Of a DNA stretch of 64,000 nucleotides, positions 18,348 to 28,155 are shown one piece after another. The DNA lies in contig JBAZSB010000001.1 of NCBI GenBank assembly GCA_041662625.1, positions 246,467 to 310,466 of the forward strand. The letters are read 5' to 3'. Made by a program: the position numbers and the translations under genes. The stretch's first letter is position 1. Each line of letters begins with the position of its first letter. The notes beneath the pieces are model-generated. The model made no database searches, had not been told where the DNA came from, and saw only the letters and a program-made list of their open reading frames with translations. This DNA comes from Patescibacteria group bacterium (GTDB taxonomy: Bacteria > Patescibacteriota > Patescibacteriia > Buchananbacterales > UBA6539).

Positions 18348-19430
18348 TTAATTTGTCAATTCTAATCCACCACTAGTATAGCGGTTGGAGGCATTCCATA
18401 AAAGCCAGCCATAACCGCCAGAGTCATTATTGGCCTGAATTTGGGTTTTAATCATTTCCGGCGTATAAACCGCGCCTAAATCAAAGGCTTGCAGCCAAGG
18501 CCGAATTTTGGTCTGGCTGGAGCCTAATTTATCTTTTGCCTTAATTAAGCTGCGATAAATTATTTCATAAGGATGTTCAGCTGGATTATTGAAGTCTTCA
18601 AACCCGGCTGGGTAGTGGGAGGGGTAAACCATCGGGCAGATATAGTCGAAATTGCCCACGGCGTCTTCCAGTCTTTGGCCAATATTTAAGCCATCGGACC
18701 GCCATAAAACCATGCCGAAAAGATCAGCCGAAGTTAAGGCCGGATAAAAAACTAAGGTCTTTTTAACATACTGATAAAACTCAGCCATCACCTTAGCCTT
18801 GCCCTCGAAAGTGGCATTGTCTAGATTAGCGTAGACAATTTGTTTAATGTTGCCGTCTGAAGGAAAACGGATGTAGTCAAAATTGACTTCAGCAAATCCG
18901 AGTTTAATTGCTTCTTTAGCTAAATCCAAGTTATATTCCCAAACCTGCTTTTGGGTTGGGTCAACCCAGGCTAAACCTTTGTAATCCCGCCAGATTCCCC
19001 CGCCCTTGGCTTTCAGGGCAATGTCTGGCTGCTTTTCGGCCAAATAAGGATCCTGGAAGACGACAATTCGGGCAATCGGGTAAATCTCCTGCTTTTTTAA
19101 TTCTTTTAGCCAACTAGCCAGGTCCGGGATGCGAATTTCTTCGGCATCAATTTCTTCGGCCAAAGGGTTAGAAGTATCAAAAAAGACCTTGCCGCTATAA
19201 TCTTTAAGGTCAATAACAATGGAATTTAGTTCAGTACTTTTGATTAAATCAACCAATTCCGCTCGCCTTGTCTTGGCGCCGGCCGTATAAGCGGTCAGAT
19301 AAATCCCTTTATTTTCGATTTTTTCTGGTTTTTTCAAAACCTGGTAGGTTGGTTGCTGATTAAAGGTAAAAACCAAAGAAAAAAGAATTACTGGGATAAT
19401 CACTAATAAGTTGACTAAAGGTAAAAACAT
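18348..19430 (-). CDS. Putative glycoside-hydrolase-like TIM-barrel protein (DUF4015/GHL-type) with N-terminal TM anchor
   Basis: N-terminal hydrophobic helix. Motifs IKGIYLTAYTAG...IVIDLKDYSG...EVNFDYIRFP resemble the GHL10/DUF4015 family. The family assignment is uncertain. Confidence 0.45.
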   Translation of the reverse strand: MFLPLVNLLVIIPVILFSLVFTFNQQPTYQVLKKPEKIENKGIYLTAYTAGAKTRRAELVDLIKSTELNSIVIDLKDYSGKVFFDTSNPLAEEIDAEEIRIPDLASWLKELKKQEIYPIARIVVFQDPYLAEKQPDIALKAKGGGIWRDYKGLAWVDPTQKQVWEYNLDLAKEAIKLGFAEVNFDYIRFPSDGNIKQIVYANLDNATFEGKAKVMAEFYQYVKKTLVFYPALTSADLFGMVLWRSDGLNIGQRLEDAVGNFDYICPMVYPSHYPAGFEDFNNPAEHPYEIIYRSLIKAKDKLGSSQTKIRPWLQAFDLGAVYTPEMIKTQIQANNDSGGYGWLLWNASNRYTSGGLELTN

Positions 19431-19635
19431 TAGTTTAATTTTACCCCTTCACCTTAACAATAAACTCTAGGGGGTCATACATAAAACTATAACAAATAAT
19501 TACATTTTTTAAAACTTAATCTATTGTGGGCAAGGTGAAGGGGTTTAGCAAAAAACGGCTTTAAAAAGAAATAGCCCTATTTTTTAAAACGCTGCCTGGT
19601 TTAGGCAGCTTATTTAATCTGTTTTTACCAATTCA

Positions 19636-19890
19636 TTAAAACCCTAGGTTCATTCCTTGAAGTTTTTGGGCCATGCCTTTTTGGGCTTTAGTGATTGCTT
19701 CGTTTATACAGTCTTTGATTATTTGGTTTTGTTGTTCAGCCGGTAACTCCGGATTTATGATTACTTCTTCGACCTGGAGGTTACCATTCATTACGATTTT
19801 AAAGCCTTCTTTTTCAACAATAAATTTTTCGCTTTTCATTGAATCTTGTAAAGCTTTGAGTTGGCCGAGTTGTTTGAGTTTATCGAGCAT
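19636..19890 (-). CDS. ybaB: YbaB/EbfC family nucleoid-associated protein
   Basis: 84 aa, MLDKLKQLGQL...IVMNGNLQVEEVIINPEL... pattern. Sits downstream of dnaX, the conserved dnaX-ybaB arrangement. Confidence 0.8.
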   Translation of the reverse strand: MLDKLKQLGQLKALQDSMKSEKFIVEKEGFKIVMNGNLQVEEVIINPELPAEQQNQIIKDCINEAITKAQKGMAQKLQGMNLGF

Positions 19891-19922
19891 AAGGTTGTGA
19901 AATGATTCACCTAGTTAATTCA

Positions 19923-20085
19923 AATATCCACTTCTCGGGGACCCGCCTACGTCCCTTCGGGACTACGGCGGGCAGGCAGAATCTGGCGTCTCCCGACGTC
20001 GCCCATTGCTTTATTTTTATGGCGAGTCGGGATGCCGACCTTACGTCGGCACTACTTAGTCAACAATGTTCACTTCTCGGGGACC
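19923..20085. repeat. About 21-bp direct repeats (aat[ag]t[tc]cacttctcggggacc at 19923..19943 and 20065..20085) flanking a 121-bp insert; the right copy is the 3' end of tRNA-Gln
   Basis: Seen directly. The 3' acceptor segment of tRNA-Gln (ggtccccgagaagtg) is duplicated 142 bp away. The intervening DNA carries the 26-nt motif gaatctggcgtctcccgacgtcgcc, also present at 37598..37623. Confidence 0.6.
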
Positions 20086-20146
20086 AGGAATCGGACCTGG
20101 ATTAGCAGAGCCAGAATCTGCCGTCCTACCATTAGACGATCCCCGA
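20076..20146 (-). tRNA. tRNA-Gln (anticodon CUG)
   Basis: Manual fold of the minus-strand RNA: acceptor tcgggga/tccccga with U1-A72 and G73 discriminator (the Gln identity set), D-arm gtc/gac, anticodon arm gcaga-ttCTGgc-tctgc, T-arm ccagg-tccgatt-cctgg. CCA is not encoded. Confidence 0.7.
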
Positions 20147-20304
20147 GAAGTGAACACTTGGATTAAAAACCTTTTAAATGTTTCACCTTCATCCCGCCGT
20201 AGGCAGGACAAGTTAGATTCACCCGCCGAAGTCCCGACCTCAAGGAGGGACGTAAGCGGGCGATCCCCGAGTTATGTCTTGGAGAGTTTGCAAATTCAGA
20301 AATT

Positions 20305-21903
20305 CTAGTTGACAATCTGACCGCCGAAGGTTTCTAAAACATTTTTTAATGATTCATCAGTTGGGCTTTCCGCCAAAGCTTCAACTTCCACTTTGTCATC
20401 TGCTAAATCTTTGACAATTACGGTTTTAACAATTAGCTTAACCCCAAAAATTTCTTCTAAAACTTTTTCCAAAGTTTGTTTGTTTTTTAAATCATTAACC
20501 CGTTGCTGATGGAATTTATGCTTAAAGCAAAGTTCCAAAGTGCCATCTTCTTTAACCGTCGATGGTCGGCCAATTCTTAAAGTTGAGGCCAAGCTTTGAT
20601 TATACTTTTTTAAACAAATCAGCACTTCTTCCCATTTTTCTTTGATTTGTTCCAGGCTTAGTTTGACTTTGCTTAAATTTTTTTCTGGTCTCGGTTTTGG
20701 TAAAGGATTTATAATCGGCACCTCAGCTTTTTTATTTTCACCTTGATTTAAACCGCCCGAAAAATTGCTATCATCATTTTTATTTTTTGGGCTGTCATTT
20801 GAGTCTTGGTGGCTAGTAATAATTTCTAAAACTGCTAGTTCCAAAGGCAATTGCGGGATGTCGGCAAATTTGATTTCATAGCGTTTGGCAACAAAAATTT
20901 CAATGACTTTAACCAATAATTCTAAAGAGATCTTTTCGGCGGTATCAACTATCCTTTTTTCTAAGTCTTTACTAAAAGAGGCAGTGAATTCATTTAATTT
21001 AGTGCTGACCTTGACTAGTAAGATTTTCCGCAAGACTTCAATTAAGTCGTTGGTAAATCTTTCCAAATCAATTCCATTTTCCACCAGCCGATTGATTAAG
21101 GCTATTGCCGATATTGAATCTGATTTAATTAAATAGTCAATTAATTCAAGGACTAAATCAAAATGGGAATGGGGTAAAACTAATTCAGCCTGTTCAAGAG
21201 TTATTTCTTTTTCACCCAAAGAAAGAACCTGACCCAGCAGACTTTCGGCATCGCGAATGCAACCTTCAGAATGATAAGCAATATTTTCTAAAATGGCTTG
21301 ATCAACCTTTTTGCCTTCTTTACTTACAAGTTGGGCGAGACGCTGGATAATATCTTTTTCCGGCACTTTATGAAAATCAAAATGCTGGCAGCGGGAAATA
21401 ATCGTTTGGGGGACTTTATGAATTTCGGTAGTGGCCAAAACAAAAATGACATGGCTGGGTGGTTCTTCCAAGGTTTTCAGTAAAGCATTAAAAGCAGCAG
21501 TAGAAAGCATATGGACTTCATCAATAATGAAGACCTTGAATTTCCGGCTGGTCGGAGTAAAACGAGAATTATTAATGATATTTTCCCGTACATTATCAAC
21601 GCCGGTATGCGAAGCCGCATCAATTTCAATCACATCTAAAGATTTATTGGCGATTAATTCAAGGCAAGAATCGCAACTGTCACAAGGTTCACTTTCGCCT
21701 TCTTTCCGCTTGAGGCAATTGACAGCTTTAGCTAAAAGTCGGGCGGTGGTAGTTTTACCTAACCCGCGGGGACCGGAAAACAAATAAGCGTGAGCGACTT
21801 TTCCGTTTTCCAGCTCACTTTGAATCGTTGTTCGGATGTGGTTTTGGCCAACCAGTTCTTTAAATTTCTGGGGCCGATATTTTCGATAGAGGGTTGATGA
21901 CAT
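20305..21903 (-). CDS. dnaX: DNA polymerase III subunit gamma/tau
   Basis: AAA+ Walker A YLFSGPRGLGKTTTARLLAKAVNC, zinc module CDSCDSC, 532 aa. Confidence 0.9.
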   Translation of the reverse strand: MSSTLYRKYRPQKFKELVGQNHIRTTIQSELENGKVAHAYLFSGPRGLGKTTTARLLAKAVNCLKRKEGESEPCDSCDSCLELIANKSLDVIEIDAASHTGVDNVRENIINNSRFTPTSRKFKVFIIDEVHMLSTAAFNALLKTLEEPPSHVIFVLATTEIHKVPQTIISRCQHFDFHKVPEKDIIQRLAQLVSKEGKKVDQAILENIAYHSEGCIRDAESLLGQVLSLGEKEITLEQAELVLPHSHFDLVLELIDYLIKSDSISAIALINRLVENGIDLERFTNDLIEVLRKILLVKVSTKLNEFTASFSKDLEKRIVDTAEKISLELLVKVIEIFVAKRYEIKFADIPQLPLELAVLEIITSHQDSNDSPKNKNDDSNFSGGLNQGENKKAEVPIINPLPKPRPEKNLSKVKLSLEQIKEKWEEVLICLKKYNQSLASTLRIGRPSTVKEDGTLELCFKHKFHQQRVNDLKNKQTLEKVLEEIFGVKLIVKTVIVKDLADDKVEVEALAESPTDESLKNVLETFGGQIVN

Positions 21904-22006
21904 AAAGGATATAGCATAAAAATTCTAACTCTTTTTGAATTTTTAAGCAAGCTAAACAAAAATAAAAATAACCTCAAATTTTTAGGTTACCGAAAACAAA
22001 TTTTTG

Positions 22007-23137
22007 CTAATTAAACACTAATTCTATCCAGATCGTTCCGGGGTTAAATTCGACTTCTTCACCAGTCTGATTGTAAAATCTAGTTCGGCCACCACTTTTC
22101 TTCCACTCCCCTTCAATTTTTCGGCCATCTTGATAGATTTCGGCCACCCCACCGCTTTTAACGTTGACTTCTAAACGACCATAATCATCGATAATTCTAT
22201 AATCGACATACTGAACAATGATATTTTTGGCTTTAAGAATAATGCCTGATTCGGTTTTATGAAATTCTCCGGCTAAATAGCGGGTGTAGTCATTATTGAT
22301 AGGATTATATTGGTATTCCACTTGATAATCAGGATTACTGGCAAACTCAACTTTGACTGGTGAGACAATATTTGCTGAAGCGGCATTTTCTTTTTTAAAC
22401 AGCCAAGGAGAAAAATCAGCCCGGGCTTCTATTTCTTTAGCGGTAATGGCCCGCTTCATTAAATCAGCTGAAGTAAAAAGATTATGGGGCTCATTACGTT
22501 TTGGATCACGCCAGAAATAAATACCGTCAGCGGAAATTTCATTGATACTGTAAACAGGACTATAGGTTAATTTATACATGGCGTCCGAACTTCCGCCGGC
22601 ATGAAACAAAACCACTTGCCATTCTTCCGCGAGTTCAACAAAAAAAGGCCTGACTGATCTGACTGGCCCAATTCGGGTGGCCTTAATTTGGGGATCAAAG
22701 ATTGCTAAAAATCGGGTGATGTCTCCTTCGACAATACTTTCATAAATAATACTGGCACTTTCTAAACCGGCAAGGGGGCGACTATCAACGTGGTTTTCCA
22801 GCATTACGGCAATTGGTCTTAGAGCTGATTTTTCGGTTGGAATTAGCCGACCATCAAGCAAACGATGGGTTCGGGGGTTGGCTTGATGATTAATTTGTGA
22901 TTGCCAATTAAACTTTTGGTCAGTTACTAAATAGCTGGCAATGAGCCCAAAAGCAACTAAAAAAATAATAATTAAAATAATCAAGAAGCGATAATCACTG
23001 ATTATCTTTTTAAGTTCAATTTTCATTTGATTATTATCCCTCCAACTTGGGGGGGGGTTGAAGACTTTATTATTTTTCTTTACCTTCAGCTTTTTTGTCA
23101 GCCGGAGTGGTTTCTTCAGTTTCGGCTTCAGCTGCAA
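22007..23137 (-). CDS. DUF3048 domain-containing membrane-anchored protein (YerB-like); true start probably at 23026
   Basis: Motif IAVMLENHVDSRPLAGLESASIIYESIVEGDITRFLAIF is typical of DUF3048. The annotated start overlaps rplY by 68 nt; an internal Met (MKIELKK, nt 23026) precedes the TM helix. Confidence 0.7.
   Translation of the reverse strand: MQLKPKLKKPLRLTKKLKVKKNNKVFNPPPSWRDNNQMKIELKKIISDYRFLIILIIIFLVAFGLIASYLVTDQKFNWQSQINHQANPRTHRLLDGRLIPTEKSALRPIAVMLENHVDSRPLAGLESASIIYESIVEGDITRFLAIFDPQIKATRIGPVRSVRPFFVELAEEWQVVLFHAGGSSDAMYKLTYSPVYSINEISADGIYFWRDPKRNEPHNLFTSADLMKRAITAKEIEARADFSPWLFKKENAASANIVSPVKVEFASNPDYQVEYQYNPINNDYTRYLAGEFHKTESGIILKAKNIIVQYVDYRIIDDYGRLEVNVKSGGVAEIYQDGRKIEGEWKKSGGRTRFYNQTGEEVEFNPGTIWIELVFN
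23049..23057. repeat. G9 homopolymer tract between rplY and the DUF3048 gene
   Basis: cttgggggggggttg. Unique long G/C run in an AT-rich backbone. Confidence 0.8.
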
Positions 23138-23747
23138 CTTCGGGTTCTTTTGGCTTAACTTCCAGGCCTTCTAATTCCTTGTCAGTTCTGGGCTGTTGGA
23201 TTAAAGCCACCACGTCATGAGGATTATTAGTAATGGTTAAACCCGAGGGTATTTTTATATCCGCAATATGGATGACATCCTCAAAAGTTTTTAGAACTGA
23301 CAAATCAACATTAATTTCATGGACTAAATCTTGAGGTAAACATTCCACTTCCAAAGAATCAATAGTGGTGACTAAAATGCCACTCAATTCTTTGACTGCC
23401 GGCGGTTCATTGATAAAATTCAAAGCAATTTCGGCATGAAGCTTTTCATCCATTCTCACTTGGTGAAAATCAGTATGGATAATTTGATTGGTTTTCGGAT
23501 CAAGCTGGTAATCCTGAACCAAAACTTTTACCGGTTTTTGATCATCAATTGTTAAATCAATTAGAGTACTTTCGCCAGCTTCCGTAAAAATCTTCTCAAA
23601 AGTCGAGTAATCTAAAGTCAGGTTTAATGGTTTAATTTTATGACCATACAAAACAGCCGGGATTTCACCCTGCTTTCTTAATTGATTGACTTGTTTACCT
23701 GTTTCTTTGCGGGTTTTAGCTTTCAGGCTTAAATTTAAATTGGTCAT
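23070..23747 (-). CDS. rplY: 50S ribosomal protein L25 / general stress protein Ctc
   Basis: N-terminus MTNLNLSLKAKTRKETGKQVNQLRKQGEIPAVLYGH, followed by an acidic/Lys-rich C-terminal tail. Confidence 0.85.
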   Translation of the reverse strand: MTNLNLSLKAKTRKETGKQVNQLRKQGEIPAVLYGHKIKPLNLTLDYSTFEKIFTEAGESTLIDLTIDDQKPVKVLVQDYQLDPKTNQIIHTDFHQVRMDEKLHAEIALNFINEPPAVKELSGILVTTIDSLEVECLPQDLVHEINVDLSVLKTFEDVIHIADIKIPSGLTITNNPHDVVALIQQPRTDKELEGLEVKPKEPEVAAEAETEETTPADKKAEGKEK

Positions 23748-23773
23748 TACTGTTTTTTATCCTTTCTTAATAA

Positions 23774-24109
23774 TTAATCAAAATTATCAATCATTACTTT
23801 TTCCTTGCTAAGAAATTGATGGACTTCAATTACATCATCACAGCTAATCGGTTTAGCCTTTTTAAATCGTAAAACATCTTCACCGTTTAAGTCAGTGATT
23901 AAACCTACCGAGCTCACCCCCAGGTTATTAGTGACAATAACAGCCAGAATTGCCGATTGACAATGGCGGCAATGGATATAAACCAGATGAGCGTTTTTCC
24001 CCTCTTCCAAAATCTTGGCTTCTAAAGGATCGTAACGCAGATTGCAAATCGGACAGTGGGTAATTAGGCTAGGATTATCGCCAAATAAATTAAACAGTCT
24101 GTCGTCCAT
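23774..24109 (-). CDS. Small zinc-ribbon (CxxC...CxxC) hypothetical protein
   Basis: HCPICN...CRHCQS cysteine pairs. 111 aa. No family recognised. Confidence 0.5.
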   Translation of the reverse strand: MDDRLFNLFGDNPSLITHCPICNLRYDPLEAKILEEGKNAHLVYIHCRHCQSAILAVIVTNNLGVSSVGLITDLNGEDVLRFKKAKPISCDDVIEVHQFLSKEKVMIDNFD

Positions 24110-24152
24110 ATTAATAAATAGAGTGTAGCTAAAATCTTTGATTTCGTCAAGC

Positions 24153-25259
24153 TTAGGAAGTTTGGTTCCTAATTATCATACTTTCAACTATGCCAATTGC
24201 CATCAGACTAATCAACAAAAAACTGCCGCCATAGCTTAAAAAAGGCAAAGCAATGCCGGTCACCGGTACTAAGCCAAGATTCATTCCAATATTAATGATA
24301 ATTTGACTAAAAAATAAAGCCGAGATACCTAGTATTACTAAAAGAGAGAAGTTGTCCCGCATCATTTTTGCGGCTTTAATCAGCCGGTAAAAAATTACCC
24401 CCCACAAAAAGAAAACTAAGCCAATTCCCAGAAAGCCTAATTCTTCGGCAATGACAGCAAAAATGAAATCAGTCTGGCTGGCCGGAATAAATTTTAACTG
24501 GCTTTGTGAGCCAAAACCAAGACCACGGCCCAAAAAACCGCCTGCCCCAACCGCTGTTAAAGCCTGCCGGACATGGTAAGATCGACCGTAAGGATCAGCC
24601 TGGGGATCAAAAAATGTTAAAATTCGATCTTTTTGATAATCATGGAAAAGAAAAATCCAGGCCAGAGCCGATAGAATGATTAAAGTTAAACCTAGAAAGG
24701 CCAGATGCTTTTTATCAGCGCCGGCAAAAAATATCATCACTAACCAGACAAAAAATAAAATCAGGCCAGAACCAAAATCAGGTTGTAAAACAACTAATAG
24801 AAAAAATAAACCGACAGCCGAAGCGCTCAAGAGAAAAATCTTAAATTCTCTGATCAGACGGGCCTGCTTATTTATAAACCAAGCCGAAAAAATAATTAAA
24901 GCAATTTTAGCTAATTCAACCGGTTGAAAATTAAAACCAAAAATAGAAAACCATCCGGTCGTGCCGCGAATTGTCTGGCCAAAAAGTAAAACCGCCACTA
25001 AAACTAAACCTACGGCGATATATAAGAGATAACTATAATCTTGCCAGAGGCGATAATCCAAAAAGCTAATCAAGAAAAGCAAAACTAAACCAATCAAAGC
25101 GGCAATAATTTGTTTTTTGAAATTCAAAAAATCAGGATTTTCTGAGCTGATGGTGATGCTATAAATGCCACTTAGGCCAAAACAAATTAGCAAAGATATT
25201 GCCCCAAATAATACCCAATCAAAGTTTTTTAGGCTATTGAAAAGCCTACGGAAGACCAT
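24153..25259 (-). CDS. SEDS family peptidoglycan glycosyltransferase (RodA/FtsW)
   Basis: About 10 TM helices and typical FtsW/RodA/SpoVE sequence character (…GFQPVELAKIALII…). 368 aa. Confidence 0.8.
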   Translation of the reverse strand: MVFRRLFNSLKNFDWVLFGAISLLICFGLSGIYSITISSENPDFLNFKKQIIAALIGLVLLFLISFLDYRLWQDYSYLLYIAVGLVLVAVLLFGQTIRGTTGWFSIFGFNFQPVELAKIALIIFSAWFINKQARLIREFKIFLLSASAVGLFFLLVVLQPDFGSGLILFFVWLVMIFFAGADKKHLAFLGLTLIILSALAWIFLFHDYQKDRILTFFDPQADPYGRSYHVRQALTAVGAGGFLGRGLGFGSQSQLKFIPASQTDFIFAVIAEELGFLGIGLVFFLWGVIFYRLIKAAKMMRDNFSLLVILGISALFFSQIIINIGMNLGLVPVTGIALPFLSYGGSFLLISLMAIGIVESMIIRNQTS

Positions 25260-25271
25260 AGAAAATCTATT

Positions 25272-26966
25272 TTACTTCTTTACTTCGCGGATAAAAGTAA
25301 TTACCTGATCACCAATCTTTAGTCCGGATTTTACTTCAACTAATCCCTCATCGCCTTTTAGACCTAAAATTACCTCAACTGATTTTGGTTGGTTATTTTC
25401 TAAGATTTGGACTACTGCTTTATCACCTTCGTCTTTAACCGCTCGTTGGGGAATGATTAAAACATCCTTAACAAAAGCCGTATTAACTGTAACATTAGCT
25501 GTCATACCGGGTTTAATTTTATCCATCAAAGCGCTGACCGGTTCGGGCTGATCTTCCTGAAAAGTCACAGTAACCCGATAATAGATAACATCCTGAATTT
25601 CAGTTTGGGCCGGGTTAATAGTTGTTATTACCCCTTGGAAAATATCATTACTACTAAAGGCATCAAGAGTTATTTCGACTTTATCACCAGCACTAATTTT
25701 TACAATATCTGATTCAGGAATATCCACTTCAATTTCATAATTTTCTACAGCTAGCATCTTGATTACCGGCTCACTTAAATTAGTTTGTTCACCAACATTA
25801 AAATTAATGTCAGTAATTACCCCATTAATTGGCGCCCGAATAATAGTTTCTTCGTATTTGTCTTGAGCTAAATTTAACTCGGCCCGGGCCCTATTCAATC
25901 GCGCTTCATACAGAGTAATGTCTTCCGGTCGGGCCGGAGCTTCTTTAAAGTTCAAATCAGCCTGGGCTTTAGCTAAATTTTTTTCCGCGACGCTAATGGC
26001 ATCTTGAGCCGCATCAACTTTTGTTTGATAATTCAACCGGGCATCAGCTAAATCTTCTTTAGACGTCTGGACCGCCGAGCTGCTTGAATCAATGGTTGTC
26101 CTTTGAGTGTTAATTGTGGTCTTTAAAGTATCAAGTTCGGTTTGAGTCAAAACTGTGTTAACCAGAACATAATTTAAAAGGTCACTTAAATCATTTAAAA
26201 GAGCCGAAACATTATGGACCGTCACTAGACTTTCTTCAATTAGGCTATCAATGGCGTCGTCATTGTTGGGATCAAGTTTAGTCTGATTATAGACTGATTC
26301 AGTTTGATCTAATTTTTCTGATGCCAAATCGTATCCCGTATTGACTTTTATTTCCAATCCCATATTAGTCGCGCTGAAATTATCACTAGTGCCCTTGAAA
26401 TGGAGGGTATCATAAACTTCTTGCAAAGCAATACTAGACTTAGTTAAAGCACTATCAATATCAACTAAAATGCTGCCCCGCTCATTAACTAAAGCTTGTT
26501 TGTAAGTGTCTTCGGTACTCACCAAGTCATTTTGAGCGTTGGCTAAATCGGTTTGGGCTTTTTCGACTGCGGCCTCACTCACTGTAACATCTTGGGTCGT
26601 TGCGCCAGCCTTCAGCTTATCTAAATTTGCTTGAGCTTCCTTAAGATCGGCTTGAGCACTGCTGACCTGAATAGATAAATCAGTCGCTTTGAGCTGAGCC
26701 AATATTTGATTAGCGGTGACAGTATCGCCTACTTTTACATTCAAAATTGCCAGTTTGCCGGTATTTTTAAAATTCAGTTCGATTTCCGAAGCCGATTTAA
26801 TTTTACCGGTCGCCGAAACTGTTTGTTTAATGTCGCCACTCTTTACTTCGGTGGTGACGTATTCGACACTTTTTGCTTTCGGGCCGAATTTAAGATAAGC
26901 GCCAACGGCAATCACTAAAATTATAATGATTACCCAAACGATTTTAGATTTGATAATTTTTTTCAT
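25272..26966 (-). CDS. HlyD-family membrane fusion / efflux adaptor protein
   Basis: N-terminal TM, long coiled-coil (…DLKEAQANLDKLKAG…ARAELNLAQDKY…), C-terminal beta-barrel segments. Next to a TetR regulator. Confidence 0.7.
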   Translation of the reverse strand: MKKIIKSKIVWVIIIILVIAVGAYLKFGPKAKSVEYVTTEVKSGDIKQTVSATGKIKSASEIELNFKNTGKLAILNVKVGDTVTANQILAQLKATDLSIQVSSAQADLKEAQANLDKLKAGATTQDVTVSEAAVEKAQTDLANAQNDLVSTEDTYKQALVNERGSILVDIDSALTKSSIALQEVYDTLHFKGTSDNFSATNMGLEIKVNTGYDLASEKLDQTESVYNQTKLDPNNDDAIDSLIEESLVTVHNVSALLNDLSDLLNYVLVNTVLTQTELDTLKTTINTQRTTIDSSSSAVQTSKEDLADARLNYQTKVDAAQDAISVAEKNLAKAQADLNFKEAPARPEDITLYEARLNRARAELNLAQDKYEETIIRAPINGVITDINFNVGEQTNLSEPVIKMLAVENYEIEVDIPESDIVKISAGDKVEITLDAFSSNDIFQGVITTINPAQTEIQDVIYYRVTVTFQEDQPEPVSALMDKIKPGMTANVTVNTAFVKDVLIIPQRAVKDEGDKAVVQILENNQPKSVEVILGLKGDEGLVEVKSGLKIGDQVITFIREVKK

Positions 26967-26986
26967 AATAAATATTCATTCTTAAG

Positions 26987-27733
26987 TTATTTAAGTTTTT
27001 CCCCATATTTTTTATAAAGCCCGCTAATTTTTTGTCGGCCAATGTTGACTGAGCCGGGCTTTGCTCCTAAAACTCGGGTGATGACTTCTTCGATAAAATT
27101 TAATCTTTCTTCAATAACATTTAAATTTTCCGGATATTTTTTGAAATCCAAAGAAAGTTTAACAATTGCTGAACGGGTATAAAAGGCAAGCAAAATAATG
27201 AGCTCGAAAATTTCTTTGGGATAATCAGTTTTAAAATTACCTTCCTTTACTCCTTGCTTAATAATTTTTTCAAAGGTTTGACTGACTGATTCAACAATTT
27301 TTTCAAATAATTCGTGGGTTAGTTTCCAATCCAAAATATTGCCTTGTCTTAAAAATTTATCAACCTTAAGTAATTCTTCTAAATTGGCAAATTTGTAGTC
27401 CTGGATCGTCACTATTGCCTGATTAAGTTTTTCTTGAGCATTGAGTTTGGGGTTTTGGACAATTCGCTCAGTTAAAACGTTTATTTCTTCGGCAAAGTTA
27501 GTAAGAATCCCCTCTAGGACTTCTTCTTTAGTGGTAAAATAATGATAAAAAGCGCCTTTTGATACCCCGGCTTTTTTGACGATAGCGTCAATTGACGTTT
27601 TGTCATAGCCCTCACGGGAAAATAAATCTAAAGCCGTATTTTGTAGTTTTTGTTTGGTCGATTGTTCAGTTGAGGCATATACCATATTTTTCTCTCTTCT
27701 TTTAAGATAACATACCGACGGTCGGTATGTCAA
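26987..27733 (-). CDS. TetR/AcrR family transcriptional regulator (probable start 27685)
   Basis: HTH segment TSIDAIVKKAGVSKGAFYHYFTTKEEVL. Confidence 0.8.
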   Translation of the reverse strand: MTYRPSVCYLKRREKNMVYASTEQSTKQKLQNTALDLFSREGYDKTSIDAIVKKAGVSKGAFYHYFTTKEEVLEGILTNFAEEINVLTERIVQNPKLNAQEKLNQAIVTIQDYKFANLEELLKVDKFLRQGNILDWKLTHELFEKIVESVSQTFEKIIKQGVKEGNFKTDYPKEIFELIILLAFYTRSAIVKLSLDFKKYPENLNVIEERLNFIEEVITRVLGAKPGSVNIGRQKISGLYKKYGEKLK

Positions 27734-27793
27734 GAAAATACTAAGAAAAATAGGTAAATTCTATCCGTTATTTTTGTCTCAATCAAGCTAAAT

Positions 27794-28138
27794 TTATTTA
27801 GTTTCAGCGGTAATTTGATTTAAAACAAAACTAACAATCGACAAAACCAAACTGAACAGCAAAGCCCACCAAAAATTAGTCACTTCAAATCCCGGAACAA
27901 TAATACTGGCTAGCAACACCAAAAGGGCATTAATCACCAGCGTGAATAAACCCAGGGTCAGAATATTAATCGGTAGGGTGATAATAATCAGAATCGGTTT
28001 TAGGAAAGCATTAATTAAGCCCAAAACTAAGGCTGCCACTAAAGCGGCAAAGAGCCCATTAATGGCGATTCCGGGTAGTAAATAAGCCGTAATCAGAATG
28101 GCTAAAGTAGCCACCAACCAACTTAACAAAAATTTCAT
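27794..28138 (-). CDS. DUF360 / phage-holin-4-like small membrane protein
   Basis: Four TM helices with LLPGIAINGLFAALVAALVLGLINAFLKPIL...TLGLFTLVINALLV pattern. Confidence 0.6.
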   Translation of the reverse strand: MKFLLSWLVATLAILITAYLLPGIAINGLFAALVAALVLGLINAFLKPILIIITLPINILTLGLFTLVINALLVLLASIIVPGFEVTNFWWALLFSLVLSIVSFVLNQITAETK

Positions 28139-28155
28139 ATTTTTAAAATTAAGAA

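Noticed and set aside
19900-20300. Possible SRP RNA (ffs) or other housekeeping ncRNA between ybaB and dnaX
   Set aside because: No 4.5S domain-IV motif (GGAAGCAGC-type GNRA loop region) could be found. The conserved structure there is better explained as tRNA-Gln plus a tRNA-end duplication.
22007-23137. Genuine 68-nt gene overlap between rplY and the DUF3048 gene
   Set aside because: More likely a mis-set start. An internal Met at 23026 precedes the TM helix and removes the overlap.
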